From Botryllus schlosseri (lineage: Eukaryota): a stretch of 64,000 nucleotides of DNA. Position 1 is the stretch's first letter, and each line of letters starts with the position of its first letter. Made by a program: the position numbers and the translations under genes. The stretch spans positions 3,908,001 through 3,972,000 of the forward strand of contig CM119373.1 in assembly GCA_051294905.1 (NCBI GenBank), read 5' to 3'. Shown in pieces: positions 1-13,877 of this stretch. Under the pieces are notes generated by a model. It saw only the letters and a program-made list of their open reading frames with translations. It was not told where the DNA came from and ran no database searches.

Positions 1-279
1 TCTGTTCATTGATTTACTAATTCCACTTTTGGTGCGGTTCCAGGACACACAATGCTGACAGCATCATAACCATGTTAGCTTCAAACACACTTCTACTATG
101 TGTAGATAATATATAAATACCCCAACTCTACGCATACCGAGAACGAATATTGTCAATTCCGGTTAGGATTTCTGTGATGTTTACCAGTTGAAACCTTTCA
201 AACTGCGTGGGCCTTGAGATCGAGCTGTCGCGCCAGAAATTAAACATAAAAATTATAATAGGAAGTAGTTACCTTAGAA

Positions 280-570
280 CAGTGGTTCGCAAACTTGTTA
301 ACCCCCCTACCCTTTATGATGGTGAAACGCAAACAGGATGCAAGCAAGCAAACAAACAAACATAACGGATAATTTGATGGCATGGAAGGTTATGACGCTG
401 GAGGAGAGACTTCTAACTATGAAATTCATGCTAAATACAGTACAATGATTATGAATTGGATTACTATCGCGCGGAGCGCGAAAATTTTTCTCAGTTGAGC
501 TCAGCTTTGCGCCCCCTTTAGATGCCTTCACACCCCAAGGAGGGCGTGTACCCCAGTTTGGGAACCATTG
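280..570. mobile_element. hAT-type MITE (CAGTGGTT...AACCA(T/C)TG family)
   Basis: TIR-like ends CAGTGGTTCGCAAAC / GGGAACCATTG; the interior matches copies at 13115-13395, 32215-32497 and 55182-55529. Confidence 0.7.
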
Positions 571-798
571 TCTCAAAATTATAATGGTGAAATATACTAA
601 GAAAAAGTTTAATCAAGTCCGTACATTAATTCGATATTTAGTTTATATTTTATCAATATTTTTAAAAAGTTTCTTTAGACTCTCGCGGGCCGCGGGCCGT
701 AGTTTGCCCACCCCTGAGATAGAGTGACATGACGGGAATGATTGGACGGTTGCGTAAAGTGTATACACGGGTTGATCTTGAACCAATCGATTTCTCAC

Positions 799-3700
799 CG
801 CTGGGTATGTTTCCCCAGTTGATAGTAACGTAGCTGTCTCTGTCCGGGCGACTTTGTTCGTGCCAAAATCCTAGAGAATGCATGATCTCGTGAACTATTA
901 TCCCCGTGTGACCGCATCCATATCCTATTGATACCTGTTAATAATGCGTTATCAAATCGGTAAGCAGATGCGGTTCGTTAATTTACACCGGATATCATGC
1001 TAATTGCATTCATAACAGGAAGCCTAACAAACATTTATATAACCTACCGGATTATATTATATGACATCATTTATTTTGTCCTTGATGTTTTTGTGGTATA
1101 TACATAGACTCATGCTATACATACACACGATATGTGCGTATGCATACCGTGGGTGCATGATGTGCATATGCCGATGGAAAGGAAGGTGCAAATATTCTCT
1201 TGTAAGACTTTCTATTTTTTAAGCCACCCTTTCATACTATCCCAGATATGCTGGGCGCCAAGCGCGGCAGCCGTAGATACCAGTTTTACTGATCTGGTCT
1301 TTGGTCCGATTTGGATTGAACCCACGACCTATACCATTCAAGAAGCCGAAAAAAGATAACAAGGATATAAGAATATAACTATTGTACATTATCGAAAATG
1401 AACTACACTCAACGGTAGTCCGTATAAACTTTTTCGAAGTGGCGTACTAAAACAGTCTTTGCTTACTTGCAATGTACGCTGTTTTATAAAGCAAAAGAGA
1501 GTTTTCTTTTAGATTTGCATCACTTTATCCCCCGTAGCCCCCGTATGGCGGAAGCTGAATACGTTTCGAAGAGTGTTACCGTTCCTAGTGTCAGTAACTA
1601 AATTGTATTGTATTGGACCACAGGCGCCCCATACTGAGATCCATTGCACAATGCTCAGCCATAAAATATTCCATTTAACTTCGGCAACGTATCGAGATAA
1701 AACAATATTATGGAACATGTAATCGATTTTGTATTCGTATCAAGACATGCTGTATAATTACTATCTACAATTACCTTAGTATTGTGAATATCTTATAGTC
1801 CGTGACAAAATTGGTCATTTAGCTTGTGTTGTTGATCAAATTAAATAGCTTGTGATGCAAAAGGCCTACGTTGTTATGTGATTATAAGAACCGTAACATG
1901 ATTATATTATTTAATAATATTATAAGGTATAAATCAATAGAAAGCATGCGAGGCCTCAACCAAATGTACTTTTGGAAACTTCTAATTTAATACTTTTTTA
2001 CTTAACATATTTTACGTCGATGTATCCCGAAAATCGCTACTTCTACTTGTAATAGAGTAAAATATTCCATCTATGTCTCGATTTCTTTTTGAATAGCAAT
2101 ACTGACAACGCTGATTATCCTCTCACTACCCGTGAGAATATGTAGCATCAACCGATATCATTAAAGAGAAATTGCCTGGTTGCTGAAATTGCAATAAATC
2201 TGAGTACGTCACAGTATCGGTTAACTAAATCAATATAATCCTTTTCACCAAGACTCCTTCTTATCCATATTGAGAAAATGCAATCTTGCAAATAACCTGG
2301 TTGCCGGATCTGATCTTCCCCACCGGCGACGAACAGCCGCCGCCGCGCACGAATTTGAGGTAGTAAGGATATCGGCGTGTATTCGGTTTTAGTCGAATGC
2401 ACGATTTCGCAGCTATGTGGGATATTGCCGATTGAAATTGTCTTTGTTCGGCTGCAGCTGGAATGATAATTGAAAAGTATAAGATTTAGACTGCACGTAT
2501 AGAGAGGCGGATTCGTGGATTAAGTATGACTCTATATCCGTGTTTTTGAACCTTTATGCGTTCGTGACCCTTGAGATGTCATGGCCTGTTTCTCGCACCC
2601 CTATTCAGGATCGAAACAACACTTTCCTAGGTCGCCACCAGACGCTGGAGTTAACCCCGCATGGGTTTAAATACGACCTCCGTGGAGTTCAGGGTCAGTA
2701 GATAATTCAGCGACCGGAGTTATCAATATCGAACGTTTTGCCTAACGTGCTTTGTTTTTCGGGGGAAATGTTTATTGCCGCCGATCTCTTTGGCAATGAA
2801 AGGTCATAGGTATTGGTATGACCTGGGGCGAAATTTGTGGCCGGCACAGGAATGCAGGTGTCTGATAGTCCTGCATCAGCAAGTTTCACACCCTTGGACT
2901 AAAGCACCTTTCTCACATAATTGCGAAAAAGTCTAGACGAATTTCTTTAACTTAAGTCTTATTATTCTTTATTAATAGCCTATAACTATTATTTTATCGG
3001 GGGTGAGGGTGCCCAAACTGAAACTAAGAATTCTATAGAATCGAAATCGCGCAAAGTGGAAGAAAATTTTCAAGTTGAAGAAATCGCCCAATAATATTCT
3101 GCTTTTGTGCATTTGTGAAATACTCTTTGTTCTTAAATAGCGTATAACTCCACACTGCATTTCCTACCCCTACTGTGGTGCTTCGTATCCCAAAGGCGTC
3201 CATGGACCCCTGGTTAAGAACCACATTTCTATATCGATAGTACTGAAACGCGAGATAAACGCAGGGTCGTTGTAACCAAGTCACAAGGTCCCGAGTTACA
3301 AGACATTTCCACTTTTTTTTTCTGACTCGGCTCAAGTCAAGTCATTTTCAATTCACCGCCGAATTGGGTCCAAGTCCGAGTTCAAAGGTTCGAGTCTGAG
3401 TTAACAGTTTTGACACTTTAGTACGATTCCAAATCATTGTGTTCGCTGCTTGTTTTCGAAGTCAAGTTCTGTGCAACTCACTATTTTACAACTCTGTATC
3501 GGTGAATCATGACTCGAGTCATTATAACCCTGGATGTACGTGTTAACTTTATTTCATAGTCAGCATTGCAAGCATTGAGACAGGTCGCACTACTTCGAGC
3601 GTACTAGGATTTCGGATGTGCAAGATTACATCACTGCTGAATCATATCATATACTGACAATATGGCTCAAATCCAGTGATTACCAAACTGTGCGCCGCCA

Positions 3701-6700
3701 CTGATTCTTTTTCCAGCCTTGATCAAGCCACAACCATGCCACAAAGTTCAATGAAATAGCTATGGTCGCGAAAATACCAAATTAGCCTTCATATGATATA
3801 GAACTAGGAGCATATTGTTTGTGGTCGAACAAAAGGTACATAGGCCCTATATATGATCTTTCTACATCGTTCATACTTCTGTCGCGTTAAAATGAGTGGT
3901 ACTCGAACATCGACTCCACTTGAAGCCTATTACTATTACAGAATCGAATCATATGTACTCGATTCTGGCAAGCCCTAATTATTATAAGCTTTGTTCACAT
4001 AATCAGGATGAAACAGCACACGATGTCTACTCACAAAATCTAACGGCGGATGTGTCGTAATACACAATGTAGTTGTTGCCTTCCTTGTAGTCCTGGAAAC
4101 GCGCTGCGCTGCGGGCACCTGCGCTGTAGGTACCGTCCGGTTGATCAGCGTTTGTCAATCTCGCTTGGGCGATGTACAAGGTCGGCTCATTAAGCGAAAT
4201 ATCCATTTCAAAAACGCCTGCCAATATTATTTCAATGATAGGTGAATCCGTGTATATTCTATGTATGTGTGTATATGATCGTTTGAAACATTCCCCAAAA
4301 CCACCACGTTGTATTACCCGCAATGGGAATATCCCGATATTGGATTGGTTGGGAGATAGTTTATGGTACAGTTCTCAGCAATAAATGCAGTTAAGAAGAT
4401 GTGGTAAGAAGATAATTGAGATTCTGATAATACTATAGTGTAGTCAATCCCATGTCCGTATGAAGTAGCCTACATTGGTTTTTCAGACAGCATCTTGACT
4501 CTATCACTGTTAGATTAATGAAATTCACATTCTTGCATTCGCACCGGAATATATATCGAATTTTATCGACACAGGACCAGGATTTACGAAGGAAAACATA
4601 GTTTACAACATTCGGTATCACTTTTCATATGATACACACTGCGCCCCACGCTCTCAGCAGCAGAAAGTGATATAAGAGTTTCCGGAGACCACAGCGTTGA
4701 TCGAGACGACTGAGTGTGCGACTCATTAGTGTTTCCTTTGTTAAATTAGTATGAAGAGAACGATCAGCCATTACATCTGATGGAGCCGTGAATTACATTA
4801 GAAGGAAATAATTTTATTCTGTGTCTACGAACACAAATACATAATACCATTTTGTTGCTACTTCCAAAGGTAGCAAGAGCAATTCAGAGTGTAGTGAATG
4901 TATTTACATTCGTGTCATGTGACCGTGAGAAATAGAATATTGCATAAAGACTGCTGTATAATAGCCATACCTCCAGTGGTCATGTTGCATTCGCATATTT
5001 GGCATCCAGCAAGATCTGTTTTGTAAACGGCGCATTTCAGATCTCCACAGTCTGTGCGGGGATTTAGTTTGCAAACGGAGGGAGCGTCACTTGCGATATC
5101 TAAAGAAGAATTAGGTGGTGGATCAAGGTAGCTGAAGAAAATTTCATCTAAAATAGTTTCATGATATCAAGTAGGCAGGCCAATACAGTTAAAGTCTCCC
5201 CAAGCAAGTTATGTGCTTATAAATGCATATTTAAAACTGACTTGGGTCGTCGTAGGCCACTAAACATTCTCGATAGGGTGTTGGCCTGTGGGGTGTAAGA
5301 CCCGAGTATTGACATAGCCAGGGTTTGGAAGCCACTAATGCCCACTGTAAATTGTTACCTCATTCGTTTTTGATACGCGAGAATCCATATTTGATATTGA
5401 TGATCATTTAAAAACACCCTCCCAACCTTTTATTCTGGACACATCTCACATCTATAAGTGAATTCCCAAGTATCGAGAATTGAATACCGATGATGTCGTA
5501 ACTTGCCCGTATAGGACACAGCTTTCGGGCTGTTACGATATCAAGAAGTATAATAATCAAATCATATATACATGAGTAGTGTAACGTCGCTTATGGAGGA
5601 AGGATGAGTGATGAGTATTCATGTTTTGCACCTTCAGTTGTGGCCGCTATTGAAATCGTTCTCCGGATGTCAGCTTCGGAAAAGTATCGCGTATGTCACA
5701 GTGACTCAAACTGTTCGAATGCAAGTGAGAAATTCTGCTATGCTGAATTACTCATTGCTCATGCAATATACGTGGATCACACAACATTGTATTCATAAAC
5801 AACACCTTGGAAAGACAACCAATATCTCAAACAATATTTTGCTACTCACTCGCTCCTGGCATAGTCCGAGATGCTGAAAATGAAATGTTGAGAGTAGTGA
5901 CATTCGAAGTGTTATAATGATAACAAAAGTCATAGAAGTAGTCTTTCTGAAAAGATCAAAGTCAACTTTAAGGAAGCCGATAGAAATCAGAAATCAGAAA
6001 CCAATTACCAGAGTGGTTATAACCGCTTGACAATACAAGTTTTTATACCACAAACGGTATCCCATGAACCAATTCGCAAGACAACTATCCAAAATACTAC
6101 TTCACTCACTTGTATCTTCGCAGGAAAATATGTCGATGCGAAGACAGGCCGCGCCATGCTTTCCCACCGGAATGACTCGAATGGTCTTAGCGAATATAGG
6201 CAGTCCGAATTCCTGTTTTACACGAGCAGTGTCGTCGTCGTTCCCGTGAAAAGTCTGCGATAAAAAAATCTTAGAATACATCCCGTGCCGCAGATCTGGG
6301 CATTCAACGGCCCGCGGGTAAAATCCTTGGAAGTTAAAACATAAAACTTACGTGGTCAAAACTATAGGCTGTATCTGATATGCATTTACTTAAAAGCCAG
6401 CTTATTTATGTACCGTGATTTTGTGCCTACGCATAGGTCGTAAGCGTAATCCAGATTCAAAATAAATCCTGTACACGAAAGCATACCGTAACGCTTAAAG
6501 CAAAAAGTCACTGATTGTATATAGTTTCAAACCTCATTTGTTTCAGTACAAATTAAAATCAGTACATATTAACTATAAGCTAGCAAAACCACCAGGCTGT
6601 TTTACCAAGCCCAAACACATGCCGTTTTTACACTTACCGTGTAGTGTAGGTACAAGTACATTTTTCTAAATACCAACGCGAAAGCATGTTCGCATATCAA

Positions 6701-9700
6701 GCAATGTTGCCACCTCAAACATGCAACTGTCGCATGCTAAAGTATTGTGAGATCAACTGTCGTTTCTCATTATATAGTCGCATGGTCAAGTGTCGGACAG
6801 CAGTTATTATCGTCATGGGTTGTCACCTCCGATCCATCTTCATTTTTCGCAAAATATATTTGTCCTTCTTCGGTTTCGTAATAAATCTTGAGTTGCTCGA
6901 CCCAGTTTCCGTTAAATCCCGATATTTCGAATCCGCCCAGCTTCGTCGGCTGTGGAAATTCGATCTGTCGCCAAAAGAAATCATGATATCAGTAAATTAT
7001 AAAGCGAGCATAATGGTTCAATGACTTGTTACCCCCACACCTTGTTCCCAGTTATTGAATATGTATTCCTAACCGTGAGGCAACCATGATACAGTTGCAT
7101 AATTAACTGTACATTAGGGGTCTTCAAAATGACTTTTTCTCTCAAATCGCACTGGCTACTTGATAAAATTGTTAGGTTACCTAATTTAAGCCTACACGCC
7201 AAATTTGGTTCAATTCCAACCAGTAGCCGCATTGCTACAGGAGAAGAAAGTTTCTATTTATTATATAAAAATAAATACAAAAAATTTGAAAGTTTTCTGT
7301 TCACCCTATGAAAGTGTTGGGTTGTCTATAGGAACGATGTTCACCAAATTTGGTTCAAACCAGTGGAAGCGGAGTTATTGCCGTCGAAAATGTTTGGATT
7401 TGAATAAAATAGTATTTACGGTGGGCACCACTATAATAAATAATTAAAGAATTGGTTACCGTAAATACTATTTTATTCATAATCCAAATTTTTCGACGGT
7501 AATAACTCCGCTTCCACTGGTTGGTATTGAACCAAAGTTGGTGAACATCGTTTCTATAGACAACCCAACACTTTCATAGGGTGAACAGAAAACTTTCAAA
7601 TTTTTTGTATTTATTTTTATATAAAAAATAGAAACGTTCTTCTCCTGTAGCAATGCGGCTACTGGTTGGAATTGAACCAAATTTGGCGTGTAGGCTTAAA
7701 TTAGGTAACCTAACAATTTTATCAAGTAGCCAGTACGATTTGAGAAAAAAAGTCATTCTTGAACACCCCTAGTGTACATATACTTGTAACACTTATCTTT
7801 AGCGAAGATGGCCATAGTTCAGAGTTGTAATGATTCGAGTCACGATTCTTGACTTGACTCGAGTCATTTCTTCTAGTGCGTAAAACGACTCGACTCGACA
7901 CGATTCAATTTTTGTGTTGTCTCGACTTGTATGCTACTCGAGCCATTGTGCATGACTCGAACCAAGTCATATGACTCGAGATTAGGACGGCCAAGACAGA
8001 CATTTCATTGTAACTTCGAAGAATAGTAAGGTCTCCACAGTATTGGTATTTTGTCTATCAGTGAAATTGTTAGGGCAGAGGAAAACTACGATATTATGAA
8101 TGCAAGCCATTCTATATCACTCTAGCAGAGTTGAAATAATTGGTTTGAACCGGACTGAACTCAAAACTGAACAGTGAACAAAATCGACCCTCTGCTCACT
8201 GACTTGGGTTGACAGTAAAATTTTATTTTTTAAAAATCTTCTTCATATAAATTTAAAATGTTCAAACTCCTGTGTGTTCAAATATACCGGTTGGAATCGA
8301 GCTAAATTTGGTGTGCAACGTTCTTTTAGGCAACCAAACAAATTGATCAGTAAATCCCCGGAATCCGGAAAAAAAGTCATTTTTTAACAACCCAAATGCA
8401 CATACAGACCTGTAGATAATTGTTGTTGTAAACAGCACACCATGAAGAATCAGTGTCATCCAAACGCGAAAATGCAGGGCCAGACGAAGGATTGGAAGAG
8501 ACTATCGGTTCCGTGCGAATGTCGTCTCCAACCGAATACCATCCGCATTCTAAGAGAGTAAGTCAGCATTTGAAAATCCAAATCCTGCAGCAGATTTTAA
8601 ATTCTAATCCAAATCCATATCCAGATTTTTTTTCAATTCGTGTCCAAATCCTAGTTCAAATTTGGAAACGAATCAAACTTATTCGAAGTTCTCGGGCTGG
8701 GCGTAGATTGTATCACTTGCACTACTTACTCAGTATAGCTTCAGTATACGATGGAATATTATATTGATATTGAAATAAACCCGAATATTTTCGATTGACA
8801 TTCCCCAGGGGTAATCGTCAGCAACTAGTAGAGAATTCAAAAGAAGATTGTCCACGACTGTTGATGTATACGGCATGAATATTAATCTATAACAGTGGCT
8901 CTCAACCTTACCTAACCTGCAGAACATTTACGCTACTTTGCAACCCATCGTGGAACCCGTGATTTCCGCAAAGTCACAAAAACAAAATCGATCGCAGTAC
9001 ACATCTGATACATTACTTTGAATTACTAGTCCACAAAATAAACTGCGTATCAACAGAGCATTAGAAGAATAAACCATAAAATATAATTTCCATACAAAGT
9101 GAAGACATGATGATGAATATTCATTGAAAACCAGTGTAACTTCTACTGTTCCCTTTCAGATACCGATTCTGAAATGTGAGGCTTTTCGGCTTGAAAAGTG
9201 TCATCGTAATTTCCGGTCGGAACGCAGCAGCGTAATACCAATTGCTTAATTACAAATGAGCTTATATATACTGGAGATGGAATTGGCATTTCAGAAGGAC
9301 ATGCCATCACAACAGTCATAATGCGATTTCTGATCGGGCCTAGTTACCTGCAACAATTGATGGCCAGGACTAGTAAATCATATTCATGAGTTGAGTGTGT
9401 GTCTTAACCTCAAATAACCCCTGACACCAGGCTCGGGGAACTTGTAGTGTTCCATGGAATGCCGGTTAAGAACCATACTGGTCTACAATTATCGTTAGAC
9501 CTTACAATGAAGATTAAGTGCAGTACTGGCTTTTGATTTGACGATATCAAATCGCTTCTCTCTGGCTCCATTAATGTCGGTATTTAATCCGGATGGTGTG
9601 GTCTTATGTATTCGCAGTAATATCATTTACAAAGATTTGGAAATGATATGAAAATATAAATGGTATACGATAAGAATGTGACATTACCGTGGCATCGGTT

Positions 9701-9994
9701 CACTTCATCCAAAGAATATTGCCGATCTGGATTATTGAGGATATCCAAGCAAATATCGGACGAAGAGAAGTCACTCGCAGCCAGGATCAAAGCCAACACT
9801 AAAGACAAATGGTTTGATATGAACAGAATAGTAGCAGTTCCTTTTTAAAGTCTTGCAAGTGTCCTAAAACTCATTCAGATGTCGAGCGATTTAGACCTAT
9901 TTACAGCATCGATTAGGATTAATACATTGGATCAAATTTAGCTGTCGTATTGTTGTCGTAAGTAGGCTTACTTACCATAAATCGGACTATTCAT
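799..9994 (-). CDS. Secreted astacin-family (M12A) zinc metalloprotease with N-terminal F5/8 type C (discoidin) and antistasin-like domains; 3' part lies outside the window
   Basis: Nine GT-AG, phase-consistent exons: 9976-9994 (MNSPIY), 9688-9798 (signal peptide [14 protein letters not shown]...), 8410-8549 ([24 protein letters not shown]), 6827-6964 ([29 protein letters not shown]...), 6110-6254 ([38 protein letters not shown]), 4971-5099 ([29 protein letters not shown]), 4035-4217 ([15 protein letters not shown]), 2297-2457 ([25 protein letters not shown]), 799-934 ([33 protein letters not shown], the astacin HExxHxxGxxHExxRxDRD signature). 387 codons with no stops. Confidence 0.93.
7115..7771. 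mobile_element. Foldback (long inverted repeat) MITE in an astacin-gene intron
   Basis: About 300-bp arms are near-perfect reverse complements, which explains the mirror ORFs 7129/7574 and 7205/7477. Flanks CTGTACAT / GTGTACAT match 7/8 as a TSD. Related fragments occur at ~8220-8400, ~16040-16260, ~37180-37600 and ~63770-64000. Confidence 0.85.
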
Positions 9995-11956
9995 TGTATC
10001 TTATACCCGTTGTTGAAATATCAGATATACTATCAATGAACTGGAAGAAAAATATAAATTATGGTAGGCTTGAATTTATTGCGTAGTGTAGCGAACAGCA
10101 AAGACCAAACTATTTAAGAGACACACGACGAATTGGGTCTTGCATGCAGCAAAATATTGCAACGATTCAAAGTATTCCGGAATATTTTATTATGATACTC
10201 CAGGAATAAAGTATTCCATCAACTATTCGCAATTGAGAACAACTTACTTTTTCAAACTGCTGATGAACAATATATGGATCGCATGATATATTTACTTCGT
10301 TGGATTGATTTCATCTTTCTTTTTCTGCTTTATAATTTAGGTTGGAACGCAAACATATAATATGACCATATAAATCGAGCACTATAGTCTATGCCTCTAT
10401 AGTTCTTTTCCGCTGTATACCAGATTCAGAGTCAGTGTTTGCAGACTAGCCATAAACGATGAGCTCGGCCTGGGAGTAAATCCACATGAAAGACGGACTA
10501 AATTCTCAACTGTAGTTCTGATAGATGGGAAAATTTTACGGAACAATACAGGTTCAAACTATGTGTTGCAGAACGAACTCATGTTTCCTTCTGGAAATTT
10601 AAATGTTCTGAACACCTTTTTTATAGGCTACTCATGAGGTGAAGATGCATGAAATTTTTATAGTAAGTCATATACTTATGCAAAGCACATTGGAGCATCA
10701 CGTAACTGAATGTATAGGCACGTACCGAGTCATTTGTCGCGAATAGTGCTGTGGTATATTAACTATACTATTCCACTTCCCGTTAGGGCTGCAGTCGGCG
10801 CTATGAAAACGTATTCTCTGGGTATTTTCAATCGGTTACGTAACGGACATGTGTGCATTACATTAAAATTATCCATGTCCTTCGACAAATTTTACTATGA
10901 CCAACTTTGCTATTCTGGACGTACGCACACTAAAGTGTGGTCAATTTCCGCTATATATCCATGACGGTTGTGTTTCTATAAAGTGAAGTCGATGGGAAAT
11001 TGTCATTCGCAGTGCGCTACTGAAGACCTGAGAGTTTACATTTGGGACATCTTGTTTTTGAATGTGACTAGATTGGCGGTTGATATAAAAATGTTTTGTT
11101 CGCCGTGTTCGGATGTAAATGTTCAAATTTCTAAATTGTAGTCATGGTATACAGACGGTGTCAGTATTGAGGTAACAAAATATCGCAACCAAGAGCGACT
11201 AAAACAATTAATCCAGTGCTGCTAGAAGTGAGACGATTCCTCTTTACATTACACCTGATTCAATACTATTTCCGGTGGTCCACTATATCTATCAATAATG
11301 CATTCTCGTATATTCAGATGGGCGCGAATATTGTTAGGGTTGCATTTAAAACAAATGGTTGTTTAAAACACTTCGTTTAAAACATTTTTAAACAGTGTTT
11401 TAAACAAAAGCCGTTTAAAAAAAAGTTTTTTGGGGGGTTGAAGAGCTTCTTCGAGGTACAGAACTTCAATATACAATTGAATAGCATATTCATATTGAAA
11501 TGAACCCGAATATTTTCGGCTGACACTCGTCAGGGGTAATCGTCAGCAACTAGTAAAGAATTGGAAGGAACATTGCATATCAACAATCGTGTCGCAAAAT
11601 ATGACGTAACCAGCATGAAATTTCGAATCAGAGAGTGTTCAATGTAGGCCTACTATTTTTTGGTGGTACACGAACTCCTTTTGTTGACAGAGTTTTGGTC
11701 CGAGCCCTTGACCCTCGATACGCCACTGCATGGACCTCTCAAATACCTGTTTATGCTGCCTCGAGAAAAATTATTCTGGTAGTTGGGAAAACTTACTAAC
11801 AAGGTTGCTGTCATATCGATAAAATTAAGTACAAATTTAAAAATATATAAAAGAGTCATATCTTATACCCAAAAGAGCCATATATGGCTCGCGAGCCATA
11901 GGTTCCCGACCACTGCTCTATACAGTCTACGGTCCTGTATATACTGATACTATACC

Positions 11957-13877
11957 CAGGACCGTAACTGCCGCACCCAAAACTCCCCAATTGATGGGGC
12001 GCGAGCTCGAAGAGGGCCAAAATTTATTTCTGGAATTTACATAAATCATTGAGTATGTTTTCGGAAATTTATGCAACTTTCTCAAAAAAGAATTTCGCGC
12101 TGCGCGCAATTTCATGATGTCATATTTCTTCACTATTGGAAGCCCTTCCCCAAAAAAATAATTCGCATGATTTATAGAAATGGGGACTTCGGCTTCGGCC
12201 ATTACCGCGCCACGACTAACCAAGACATATGAAGTTTTAGACCATGTTACATGCGACTCCGAGAAGTGTGCCAGAAGGATCAGCAGCGAGAAGGCCTTGG
12301 CCGAAAAGGAATGTCCTTGTGCTGACCGAAATCTTCGATATATATTTATGCAATATACATCCATGTTTAAATTGTCAATAGGCGCGCAAATGACTGGCGC
12401 CGAATGTTCCTGTCCTAGCGACCGCAGCCCCACATGACAAATGCCATCCGGCAGGGAACATTATTTACCAATAAAGAAATACCAATTCGAAATCGTGTAG
12501 GTCTTTTAGTTTAGTACGTTTGGGCGACTTCAACATCTTTTGACATAGCAGAAAGGAGGTCAGGAAATAGCATCATGTCACGAAAACATTATACCAACGG
12601 GTACGCCGGAAGATGGTTAATTATTATTCAGTGGTCCTACGTACTTTTTCAACACACCCCACTCAGGTCTACTGGGTGGATCTGATTACGTGAGCAGAGA
12701 GAGGATAAAAATTGATAGCAATAGGCCTATATATGCAATTCCCGACCATATTGACCGATTAAATCATGAATTATAGAAATTGTTCGCGCTTAGCGCGTTT
12801 AGGCGACACAAGCTCACGCACTAGACAGATCCACAATGTAGACCAGGGGTCGCCAACTCAAAACGGGTCGCGGGCCACTTTTCAAATTTCGTAGAGGCCG
12901 CGGGCCGCATGAATTCGATATCGATCTAAAATAGGCAACCACGTTCTAAAACTCTACGTCAGTACGACGCTGAGCTATTTTGAACTGTGAGCTGTGCACG
13001 ATACGTGGAAACGCTTTTCAGCGACTAAGGAGTCGATATTGGGACTAGGGAGATCCGTTACTAGTTGACAGACCATCTCCACGTAAAGTTTGATCTTGTG
13101 GGAAAGCCCTAAGCCAGTGGTTCTCTAACTTTTTTAGACACGCCCCCTTTATGATACTGAAAAATCGCCATATCACAAAATGCAACCAGGAAGCTAGCAA
13201 TCCCAACGGCTAGTTTGATGGCATGGAAGGTTATGACTGATGATGAGAGAGTTCTATAAGATGAATTCCGGACTATACACAGAGCAATAACGATGAATTA
13301 GAGGTAAATCGCGCGAAGCGCGAAAAATTTTTCAGTTGAGCGCAGCTCCGCCTCCCCTTCTGATGCTTTCGCGTTCCCCAGTTTGTAAACCACTGCCCCG
13401 AGCCGTTTTCTAAGCGTCTTGGTCTTGGCGGTGTTTGGGCCATTGCAAGTCAAGGCAATATGCCCATTCATATCAGCTGATTCTCCCTCGACGGAATGCT
13501 GTTGCCATCACCAGAGCCGTTTTGCCTAGTGACGAATAGTGATGATGGGCACAGGAGAATAGCTTATTTTGAAACAACACAAAACAAGTTGAGACTGTAG
13601 TCAATTTTAGCATTTCAAATTGGTTTTCTTAGTTTTTTTCTGAAATCTCAAATCAGGTCGCGGGCCGCAGAATATGACTTGGCGGGCCGCATGCGGCCCG
13701 CGGGCCGCGTGTTGGTGACTCCTGATGTAGACGATAAGTAGCGGAAGAAAGCGTACAGCATGAAGGGGTCTTGGGGAAAAGCCCCCCAGAAGTTCGGTTT
13801 ATCACCCTATGGGGGGCATAAGACCTATGAGGTGGGGTGGAGGGGGCTGACGCTGACGAAGTGCTGTTACGGGCCTG
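11957..13877. mobile_element. hAT-type element with two nested insertions
   Basis: Ends CAGGACCGTAAC / GTTACGGGCCTG, TSD ACTATACC / ACTATACT. Contains 12844-13724, which in turn contains 13115-13395. Confidence 0.7.
12844..13724. mobile_element. hAT (Charlie-like) non-autonomous element
   Basis: Ends CAGGGGTCGCCAAC / GTTGGTGACTCCTG, GCGGGCCGC subterminal motifs, perfect TSD ATGTAGAC. Confidence 0.85.

Noticed and set aside
120..226. Next astacin exon after 799
   Set aside because: The candidate acceptor gives an in-frame stop and no Met-turn (SxMHY) motif. The continuation is presumably outside the window.
6638..6665. 28-bp micro-exon candidate with TTTAG / GTAAGT sites in the astacin gene
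   Set aside because: It would shift the frame between two exons that already join in phase to give a contiguous discoidin domain. At most it is a poison exon, and there is no evidence for that.
11927..12437. 168-aa minus-strand ORF
   Set aside because: It lies within and across the end of a non-autonomous hAT element and has no recognisable motif.
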